A DNA stretch of 64,000 bases from Bacteroidota bacterium (GTDB lineage: Bacteria > Bacteroidota > Ignavibacteria > UBA10030 > UBA8401): contig JAUXTU010000118.1 in NCBI GenBank assembly GCA_030679145.1, positions 17,679 to 81,678 on the forward strand, in the 5' to 3' direction. A model generated the notes under the pieces. It did not search any database. It was not told the origin of the DNA and saw only the letters and a list, made by a program, of their open reading frames with translations. Within the stretch, counting starts at the first letter, position 1. Each line of letters begins with the position of its first letter. This document shows, piece by piece, positions 56,957-64,000 of this stretch. The position numbers and the translations under genes are program-made.

Positions 56957-58144
56957 TCATTCTTGCGGAAATGATGCTTCATGCTTTTCCATGAATTCAG
57001 CGATGGAACTTACTACATACTCTATTTGCTCACGCGTCAATTCCGGAAAGATCGGAAGGGCAAGCGAGTCGTGTGCCGCACAATTTGATACCGGGAAATC
57101 ATTCCCTTGATTCAAATATTTGAAGCACTCCTGTTCGTGGAAAGGTACAGGATAATAGATATCATTTCCAATCCCTCGTTCAGTGATGAATTTCTTCAAT
57201 GCATTACGTTTTTCCACCCGAATGATGTATTGATTAAAGATGTGATGATTTTTCACTCCACTTTTTTGATATGTTGAATGCGGTAACAGAATACGGTTCT
57301 TAGAATCAAACACGGTTTTGCCGGTATTCTCCGCCAATCCATACTTTCTAAAAAGATCTAAGTATAATCCCGCGTTTGTACGACGCTGAGAAGACCATTG
57401 ATCCAAGTGAGGTAATTTTACCGATAAGACTGCCGCCTGCAAAGCATCAATTCGAAAATTCCCGCCAATGTATTTATGATAATATTTCGGATTCATCCCA
57501 TGAACACGAAGATATTTCATCCGTTCTGCGAGTTCTGGATTATTTGTCGTTACCAAACCGCCATCTCCGAAACACCCGAGATTCTTACTCGGAAAGAATG
57601 AGAAGCATCCGATATCACCAATCGCCCCTGCTTTTCTGCCATCCTTATAATGAACTCCAATTGCTTGTGCACCATCTTCTATCACAAACAGTTTATGCTC
57701 TTTTGCAATTGACATGATCGAATCCATATCAGCACTTTGGCCATATAGATGAACAGGAATAATTGCTTTTGTTCTTGACGTTATCTTTGGCGTGATTTTT
57801 TTCGGATCAATATTGAATGTTACGGGGTCAACATCCACAAATATAGGAACTGCATTAAGACGAACAACTACTCCTGCAGTCGCAAAGAAGGAATACGTAG
57901 GAACAATGACCTCATCGCCGGGTTGAATATCAATTGCCATTAATGCAAGAAGCAAGGCATCTGTACCGGAAGAAATCCCAAGGGAATATGAACACCCGAT
58001 ATAAGCGTTCATCAATTGTTCCATTTTCTCGACCTCAGGACCTAGAATAAAATATTGAGATTCAATCACCTTCTGAACCGCAGCATCTAATTCGGGCTTG
58101 AGACTATTATATTGTAGTTTTAAGTCTAATAATGGAACGTGCAA
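56957..58144 (-). CDS. DegT-family PLP aminotransferase (WbpE-like)
   Basis: VPLLDLK.QY, SGTDALL, PVHLYGQ, EDGAQAIG, SFFPSKNLG.FGDGG, GGNFR.DALQAA; TTG start. Confidence 0.9.
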   Translation of the reverse strand: MHVPLLDLKLQYNSLKPELDAAVQKVIESQYFILGPEVEKMEQLMNAYIGCSYSLGISSGTDALLLALMAIDIQPGDEVIVPTYSFFATAGVVVRLNAVPIFVDVDPVTFNIDPKKITPKITSRTKAIIPVHLYGQSADMDSIMSIAKEHKLFVIEDGAQAIGVHYKDGRKAGAIGDIGCFSFFPSKNLGCFGDGGLVTTNNPELAERMKYLRVHGMNPKYYHKYIGGNFRIDALQAAVLSVKLPHLDQWSSQRRTNAGLYLDLFRKYGLAENTGKTVFDSKNRILLPHSTYQKSGVKNHHIFNQYIIRVEKRNALKKFITERGIGNDIYYPVPFHEQECFKYLNQGNDFPVSNCAAHDSLALPIFPELTREQIEYVVSSIAEFMEKHEASFPQE

Positions 58145-58171
58145 AATACATTTCCCTAGAAGTGGAAGTTG

Positions 58172-58245
58172 TGGGCCCTGCCGGACTTGAACCAGCGACC
58201 CGCTGATTATGAGTCAGCTGCTCTAACCAACTGAGCTAAGGGCCC
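58172..58245 (-). tRNA. tRNA with CAT anticodon, most likely tRNA-Ile2 (lysidine)
   Basis: GGGCCCTTAGCTCAGTTGGTTAGAGCAGCTGACT-CAT-AATCAGCGGGTCGCTGGTTCAAGTCCGGCAGGGCCCA; ileX-like body; paired G1-C72 and no GGG/CCC anticodon stem, so not an initiator. Confidence 0.92.
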
Positions 58246-58270
58246 TTTTTTTACTATACTATAGCGGAAC

Positions 58271-58299
58271 AATATAAGGAATTTAGAGAAGTAGAACAA
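58271..58299 (-). promoter_or_regulatory. Candidate promoter for tRNA-Ile2 and the glycan operon
   Basis: Minus strand TTGTTC-N17-TATATT. Confidence 0.55.
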
Positions 58300-58370
58300 G
58301 AAAACGTTCGTGGGAATATATGTTAGTTACCTCTGTCACACATATGATAATGGATTGATTTATTAGCATG

Positions 58371-61259
58371 CTAAAGAATTTTTTTCAAAAAATTTCCTGT
58401 ATACGACTGCGCTATTTTTGAAATTTCCTCCGGTGAACCTATCGCAATAATTTTTCCGCCATTTTCACCCCCGCCGGGTCCTATGTCGATAATATGATCT
58501 GCACATTTTATAACATCAAGATTATGCTCAATAACAATGAGTGAATTCCCTGCATCCAGAAGAACGGTAAAACATTTTAGTAATTTCTGAATATCATCAA
58601 AATGTAAACCCGTTGTCGGCTCGTCAAAAATAAACAGTGTATGACCTTCCTTCTTATCTACAAGATGGGTTGCAAGTTTTATTCGCTGAGCTTCCCCGCC
58701 GGAAAGTGTTGTAGCCGCCTGACCAAGCCGCAAATATCCTAATCCAACATCATCAAGTATTTGCATTTTGTGCATCACTTTTTTCCCGTCGGGATATTTT
58801 CCGAAAAACGAAATTGCTTCTTCAACGGTCATACCAAGAATATCATCGACATTTTTACCGTTCCATCGAACTTCAAGTGCTTCTTTCTTATACCGCTTGC
58901 CGTTGCACGCTTCACATGTGAGATAAAGATCTGCCATGAATTGCATTTCTACTTTTTGCAAACCGTCACCCTCGCAGATATCGCACCGTCCGCCGGGGAC
59001 ATTGAATGAAAAATATCCGGGCTGGTAACCATGGATCTTTGAAATTGCAGTTTTAGAAAGCAGTTCTCGGATCCCGTCAAATACCCCAATGTATGTCACC
59101 GGATTTGAACGAGGTGAACGCCCAATTGGAGATTGATCGACTAATTCAAGATGCTGAACATTATCCCATCCTTGAATATCATGAACTCCACTGAGCCGGC
59201 CAATATGTCCGTTCAATCGTTTTTTTATTCCTTCACCGATAATATCATGCACAAGCGTACTTTTTCCCGAGCCGCTCACGCCGGTAACACAAACAAACAT
59301 CTTCAGTGGAATTTCAATATCGATATTCTGAAGATTGTGTTGGAATGCATTGAATATCTTTATCGAATCCTTTGACTTTTTTCTTCGGAATGAAGGGAGC
59401 GGAATCTCAAGTTTCCCGGAAAGATATTTTCCGGTCAATGATTTTTCACTTTTGAACGCTTCCATATATGTTCCTTGAAAAATTAACTCCCCGCCTTGCT
59501 CACCGGCCTTCGGTCCAATATCAATGATCTGATCTGCGGCTTTCATCATATCCGAATCGTGTTCAACAACGATAACAGTGTTCCCAACATCGCGCAATCG
59601 TTTGAGAATATTGATGAGCCGGTCATTATCAAGAGGATGCAAACCAATGCTCGGTTCATCAAGTACATAGATTGAACCGACGAGCGATGAACCGATCGAT
59701 GTTGCAAGATTAATACGCTGCGACTCGCCCCCCGAAAGCGAATTTGACAATCGATCCAACGTTAAATATCCGACACCAACATCCACAAGATACCGCAGTC
59801 GTTTTCTGATCTCTTCAAGAATTCGCTTACCAATACTCAGTTCAAAATCATTGAACGTAAGATTAATGAAAAATTCTTCCGCCCTCTCTATGGACAGCGC
59901 AACAACTTCACCGATCGGTTTGCCGCCGATCTTTACATTCAAAGCTTCTTTTCGTAATCGGCTTCCGTGACATTCATCGCACATAGTGTATCCCCGATAT
60001 TTACTCAGCAACACTCTATATTGAATCTTATAAGCCTTTCGTTCCACCATCTTGAAAAAACCGTTAATACCATCAAAATCTTTTTTGTATCCATTCATCA
60101 CAATGTTTAACTGCTCTTCAGTCAGCTTTCTGTATGGAACATTCATCGGAACACCGGCATCGTAAGCAATGCGCGCCAAATCGCGCAGATTTTCCTGGAA
60201 CTTCGGTGTCGTCCAAGGAAGAATTGCCCCTTCCTTCAATGTTTTTTCAATATCTGGAACAACCAGATCCATATCAATACCTACCGAACGTCCAAATCCC
60301 TGACATTTTGGACAGGCACCGATCGGAGAATTAAATGCAAACAAATGCGGTTCTGGTTCTTCAAATCGAAGATTATCTATTGCGCATTCAAAATGCTGAC
60401 TGAACGGATTTATTTTTTTTGTTTCAAGATTAAATATTGAAGCATATCCTTCCCCTTCGACAAATGCAGTTTGGATAGAATCCGCTAAACGATTTTGACT
60501 TTGTATTTCATTTTTCCGAAGGATATATCGATCTACTAAAATATAAATATCGTGTTCTTTGGTTTTACTACTTCCGCCAGAAACGATATCTGTTTTTTTA
60601 GGTTCTTTCTTCTTCAATAATTGTTTGATCGATGAAAGTTCCTTCTCATTCAGATCGATTATTTCTCCATCAATCACCAATCGGAAAAAACCCCGTTGTT
60701 TCAACACTTCAAACTCCTGCGCAAGGGTTTTCCCTTCGTGGTGATGCATTGGGAACATGACGTAAAATTTTGCACCTTCTCCATTCTCAATTACTGCATC
60801 AACAACCGTTTGAACGGAATCTTTTTTTATCTCACGACCGCATTTAGGGCAAATGGTTTTCCCAACTCGCGCATACAACAAGCGCAGATAATCATAAATT
60901 TCCGTAGTAGTAGCAACTGTGGAACGAGGATTTCGAGTGTTGGTTCTCTGTTCAATGGAGATTGCAGGAGACATCCCTTGAATGGAATCAACATCCGGCT
61001 TATCCATTCGCTCAAGAAATTGGCGCGCGTACGAAGAAAGTGATTCGACATATCGGCGCTGACCTTCTGCATAAATCGTGTCGAATGCAAGAGATGATTT
61101 TCCCGAACCACTCACACCGGTGATAACGATAAGTTTATTTCGAGGGATCACAACCGAAATATTTTTGAGATTATGGACCCGCGCACCTTTAATGGTGAGT
61201 GGTGTTCTTGATGAATTGAGCGTTGAAGGTTTTACGGAAATGTTTTTTTGCTTGGCCAT
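58371..61259 (-). CDS. uvrA: Excinuclease ABC subunit A
   Basis: GARVHNLKN, two GVSGSGKS Walker A motifs, LSGGE.QR signatures, CxxC zinc fingers. Likely start is ATG 61259 (MAKQK). Confidence 0.96.
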   Translation of the reverse strand: MAKQKNISVKPSTLNSSRTPLTIKGARVHNLKNISVVIPRNKLIVITGVSGSGKSSLAFDTIYAEGQRRYVESLSSYARQFLERMDKPDVDSIQGMSPAISIEQRTNTRNPRSTVATTTEIYDYLRLLYARVGKTICPKCGREIKKDSVQTVVDAVIENGEGAKFYVMFPMHHHEGKTLAQEFEVLKQRGFFRLVIDGEIIDLNEKELSSIKQLLKKKEPKKTDIVSGGSSKTKEHDIYILVDRYILRKNEIQSQNRLADSIQTAFVEGEGYASIFNLETKKINPFSQHFECAIDNLRFEEPEPHLFAFNSPIGACPKCQGFGRSVGIDMDLVVPDIEKTLKEGAILPWTTPKFQENLRDLARIAYDAGVPMNVPYRKLTEEQLNIVMNGYKKDFDGINGFFKMVERKAYKIQYRVLLSKYRGYTMCDECHGSRLRKEALNVKIGGKPIGEVVALSIERAEEFFINLTFNDFELSIGKRILEEIRKRLRYLVDVGVGYLTLDRLSNSLSGGESQRINLATSIGSSLVGSIYVLDEPSIGLHPLDNDRLINILKRLRDVGNTVIVVEHDSDMMKAADQIIDIGPKAGEQGGELIFQGTYMEAFKSEKSLTGKYLSGKLEIPLPSFRRKKSKDSIKIFNAFQHNLQNIDIEIPLKMFVCVTGVSGSGKSTLVHDIIGEGIKKRLNGHIGRLSGVHDIQGWDNVQHLELVDQSPIGRSPRSNPVTYIGVFDGIRELLSKTAISKIHGYQPGYFSFNVPGGRCDICEGDGLQKVEMQFMADLYLTCEACNGKRYKKEALEVRWNGKNVDDILGMTVEEAISFFGKYPDGKKVMHKMQILDDVGLGYLRLGQAATTLSGGEAQRIKLATHLVDKKEGHTLFIFDEPTTGLHFDDIQKLLKCFTVLLDAGNSLIVIEHNLDVIKCADHIIDIGPGGGENGGKIIAIGSPEEISKIAQSYTGNFLKKIL

Positions 61260-61323
61260 AGTGAACGAGAACAACGATAAAACAGCGAAGTCTGAAATAT
61301 TTGGACTTTACTGTGACAAATCT

Positions 61324-61352
61324 AATGTATAAAAAATTACAACGAGAGGCAA
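61324..61352 (-). promoter_or_regulatory. Candidate uvrA promoter
   Basis: Minus strand TTGCCT-N17-TACATT. Confidence 0.5.
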
Positions 61353-61440
61353 AGAGAGCAATTCTATTCAATTAACTATGCACAAATTTTCTAAATAGAG
61401 TCTAAAATTTCGCGGACATTTTTCTTTTGAGGAACTTCAA

Positions 61441-61469
61441 TTGCTTCCCTTACTCATTTTTCGTATTTT
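61441..61469 (+). promoter_or_regulatory. Candidate rlmN-adk promoter
   Basis: TTGCTT-N17-TATTTT, about 50 nt upstream of the rlmN ATG. Confidence 0.45.
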
Positions 61470-61474
61470 TATAC

Positions 61475-61505
61475 AGACTTGGCAGGTAGACAACCTTCCA
61501 AGTCT
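61475..61505. repeat. Palindromic element in the rlmN leader
   Basis: AGACTTGGCAGGT-agaca-ACCTTCCAAGTCT; 13-bp arms with one mismatch, followed by AATTTTTTT. Confidence 0.6.
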
Positions 61506-61519
61506 AATTTTTTTATCTT

Positions 61520-62605
61520 ATGACCAAGACAAATCTAAAAGGGTTAACGCAAAAAGCATTGGAGCAGTTCATTCTTTCCGTCGGTGAACCAAAATATCGA
61601 GCCTCACAAATCTATCAATGGCTCTATAAGTATCGGGTCTCATCGTTCGAAGCTATGACCAATCTTTCCGTTTCATTACGGGAAAAGCTGAATGAAGCGG
61701 CGACAATAGAACAATTCTCCGTTGCCGCATCGCAGACTTCTAATGTTGACGGAACAGTAAAGTTTCTGTATGAACTTTCCGATGGAAAAAAAATCGAAAC
61801 TGTTCTTATTCCTCCCCGCATCACTGCCGTTGATGCAGAAGAACGTATGACATTATGCGTTTCAACGCAGATCGGGTGCGCTTTAGATTGCAAGTTTTGT
61901 GCGACTGCAAGCATGGGGTTTTTGAGAAACCTCACGACAAGCGAAATTCTCAACCAATATATCACTGCACAAACATTTTCTGAAAAACCGATCACCAATA
62001 TCGTCTTTATGGGAATGGGCGAACCGATGCTCAACTATGACAATGTTATGGATGCAGTTGAGATCATTACTGATCAGAATGGAATTGGTTTAAGTCCGAA
62101 ACGGATCACACTTTCAACGGCGGGATATGCAAAACATATCCGTAAAATGGCAGATGAAGATAGAAAAATTAAATTAGCTCTTTCGCTTCACTCTTTACGA
62201 GATGAAGTTCGCTCTGACCTTATGCCGATTACGAAGAAATTTAGTGTTGAAGATCTTTTATCAGCGTTGGAATACTATAATAAGAAGACCAAAAAGAGTG
62301 TTATGCTGGAGTATATTGTCTTTGAAGGTGTGAATGATACCGACCAGGATGTTCAATTACTTGTTAAAGCAGCGCGCCGATTAGATTGCAGGGTGAACTT
62401 GATCCCCTATCATTCGATTGAATTCACTCATCCGCAAGGATACTCTGCAGCGTTACACGGTGTATCAAAAGAAGGATTGGAACGGTTTTGGAAGAAATTA
62501 CGAATGAACGACGTTATTACATTTATTCGTCACAGCGCCGGTGTTGATATTGATGCCGCCTGCGGACAACTTGCAGTAAAGAATGAATTAGCTATTGCAC
62601 ACTAA
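61520..62605 (+). CDS. rlmN: Dual-specificity 23S rRNA A2503 / tRNA C2-methyltransferase (radical SAM)
   Basis: CVSTQIGCALDCKFCAT, VFMGMGEP, LSLH, NLIP, DIDAACGQL. Confidence 0.96.
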   Translation: MTKTNLKGLTQKALEQFILSVGEPKYRASQIYQWLYKYRVSSFEAMTNLSVSLREKLNEAATIEQFSVAASQTSNVDGTVKFLYELSDGKKIETVLIPPRITAVDAEERMTLCVSTQIGCALDCKFCATASMGFLRNLTTSEILNQYITAQTFSEKPITNIVFMGMGEPMLNYDNVMDAVEIITDQNGIGLSPKRITLSTAGYAKHIRKMADEDRKIKLALSLHSLRDEVRSDLMPITKKFSVEDLLSALEYYNKKTKKSVMLEYIVFEGVNDTDQDVQLLVKAARRLDCRVNLIPYHSIEFTHPQGYSAALHGVSKEGLERFWKKLRMNDVITFIRHSAGVDIDAACGQLAVKNELAIAH

Positions 62606-62679
62606 CAATTCATAGGTTTTAGTATATAGAATTTAGTATGTTTACCTCACTTGAAAATTAATCACTAACTTTACATATA

Positions 62680-63324
62680 ATGAATATTATCCTCTTCGGC
62701 GCACCCGGTGTCGGTAAAGGCACACAGGCAAAAATTTTATCACACGTTTATCATATTCCTCATATTTCTACCGGCGATATATTACGGGAAGCAATAAAAG
62801 CGGAAACCCCGCTTGGCATTATAGCAAAAGGATTGATGGATCATGGAAATCTTGTTCCGGATGATTTGATGATCATTTTGGTAAATGATTTGCTCTCTTC
62901 CGATCGATGTAAAAATGGATTCATCCTTGACGGATTTCCAAGGACCGTTGCACAAGCAAAAGCGCTTGATACCATTTTTTCACAATTAAATATCCACAAA
63001 TTTAAAGTGATTAATATTGACGTTGACCCAAAGATGATTATAGAACGACTTACTGATCGTTTTTTATGCGCACAGTGCGGGAAAATTTATAATTTTACTC
63101 TCGATAAATTTAAAGCGGGTGATAAATGTTTTAAATGCGGGGGAATGATCTTTCAACGAGATGATGATAAACCTGAAACAGTGAAGAAACGATTGGATAT
63201 TTATTATAGGACGACTGAACCGGTAAAAAAATATTATCAACAAACACGCGCCCTTCTCGACGTGAACGGCGTTGGTGAAATCGATGAAATTACTCAACGG
63301 TTGCTATCAACATTAGGACGATAA
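62680..63324 (+). CDS. adk: Adenylate kinase (zinc-binding LID)
   Basis: GAPGVGKGTQ, HISTGDILR, LDGFPRT, CAQC...CFKC, QRDDD. Confidence 0.96.
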   Translation: MNIILFGAPGVGKGTQAKILSHVYHIPHISTGDILREAIKAETPLGIIAKGLMDHGNLVPDDLMIILVNDLLSSDRCKNGFILDGFPRTVAQAKALDTIFSQLNIHKFKVINIDVDPKMIIERLTDRFLCAQCGKIYNFTLDKFKAGDKCFKCGGMIFQRDDDKPETVKKRLDIYYRTTEPVKKYYQQTRALLDVNGVGEIDEITQRLLSTLGR

Positions 63325-63327
63325 TAA

Positions 63328-64000
63328 ATGAAAACACCGTTGGTCATCGCGCATCGCGGCTTTTCAGACGAAGCTCCGGAAAATTCGATGGCTGCCTTTC
63401 AAAAAGCGATCGAAGCAAAAAGCGATATGATCGAGTTGGATGTTCGGCTCTCAGCGGATAATGTGCCAATCGTGTTTCACGACCGGCGGTTGAATCGCAC
63501 ATCCGACGGAAACGGACTGATTAACGAAAAACATTCCCGGCAATTAACAACAATCGATAATGGATCGTGGTTCTCACCAAAGTTCAATCGGGAGCGGATT
63601 CCGGAATTAAAGGATATTTTTCCGCTCCTTAAAAAAAACATAAGATTAAACATTGAGATCAAACCGGATATCGTCAGCACAAACGACACTTCCGCAGTTG
63701 AACTTGTTGTTGCTGAAGTTGAAAAAGCAAAAATACTCTCTAAAGTGATGTTCACTTCATTCAATCACCAAATGATCAAAGAGATCAATGATATTGATGA
63801 ATCGATCGTTACAGGCGTTATCTATAATCCCATCACCCACTTCCGAAAATCCCCTTCAACACTCATGAAGAATTCGAAAGCGACGATATTTGTATGCAGT
63901 AAATTCCAGATCAATAAAGATGTTGTTGTGGATACTCATGATGCGGGTTATAGTTTATATGTGTACGGAATTAAGACCGGACGCGACGTAGAACGAATGC
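63328..64000 (+). CDS. Glycerophosphodiester phosphodiesterase family protein (partial, runs off the right edge)
   Basis: Not in the ORF track; translated by hand: MKTPLVIAHRGFSDEAPENSMAAFQKA...IELDVRLSAD...VFHD..LNRT...LNIEIK. Confidence 0.92.
   Translation, partial: MKTPLVIAHRGFSDEAPENSMAAFQKAIEAKSDMIELDVRLSADNVPIVFHDRRLNRTSDGNGLINEKHSRQLTTIDNGSWFSPKFNRERIPELKDIFPLLKKNIRLNIEIKPDIVSTNDTSAVELVVAEVEKAKILSKVMFTSFNHQMIKEINDIDESIVTGVIYNPITHFRKSPSTLMKNSKATIFVCSKFQINKDVVVDTHDAGYSLYVYGIKTGRDVERM

Noticed and set aside
58172-58245. tRNA-Met / initiator tRNA
   Set aside because: No C1:A72 mismatch and no GGG/CCC anticodon stem; the body resembles ileX-type tRNA-Ile2. Elongator Met is not formally excluded.
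19954-58245. Integrative island or prophage at either tRNA
   Set aside because: No integrase, phage genes or att-like direct repeat seen by eye.
58145-58370. ops/JUMPstart antitermination element or invertible promoter for the glycan locus
   Set aside because: No GGCGGTAG-like motif, flanking inverted repeats or UpxY/RfaH gene seen.
63477-63764. 95-aa minus-strand ORF
   Set aside because: Antisense to the clear glycerophosphodiester phosphodiesterase frame.

Overview
AT-rich bacterial chromosomal window, probably from an Ignavibacteria-like member of the Bacteroidota/FCB group (inferred from the QNYPNPFNP-type T9SS C-terminal domain and gene content). From left to right: (1) 1-15.4 kb, a two-component signalling cluster with a 10-PAS hybrid kinase, a PhnD-like binding protein / HK / Rcp1-type regulator module and a Cys-rich PAS kinase. 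It is interrupted by a GxxExxY PD-(D/E)XK nuclease gene embedded in five ~90-bp palindromic repeats. (2) 15.5-19.9 kb, three exported proteins of unknown function. (3) tRNA-Val, then a ~38-kb minus-strand surface-glycan locus ending at tRNA-Ile2. This locus contains a 2796-aa T9SS-secreted protein with a transglutaminase-like domain, 18 cadherin/Ig-like repeats and many D-(S/T)-hydrophobic O-glycosylation motifs. (4) uvrA, rlmN, adk and a partial glycerophosphodiester phosphodiesterase. The most unusual signals are the nuclease-plus-palindrome cassette and REP-like elements carrying tiny nested hairpin insertions, two of which sit directly 3' of ATTGC with no target duplication. All calls are from reading the sequence; no database searches were run.
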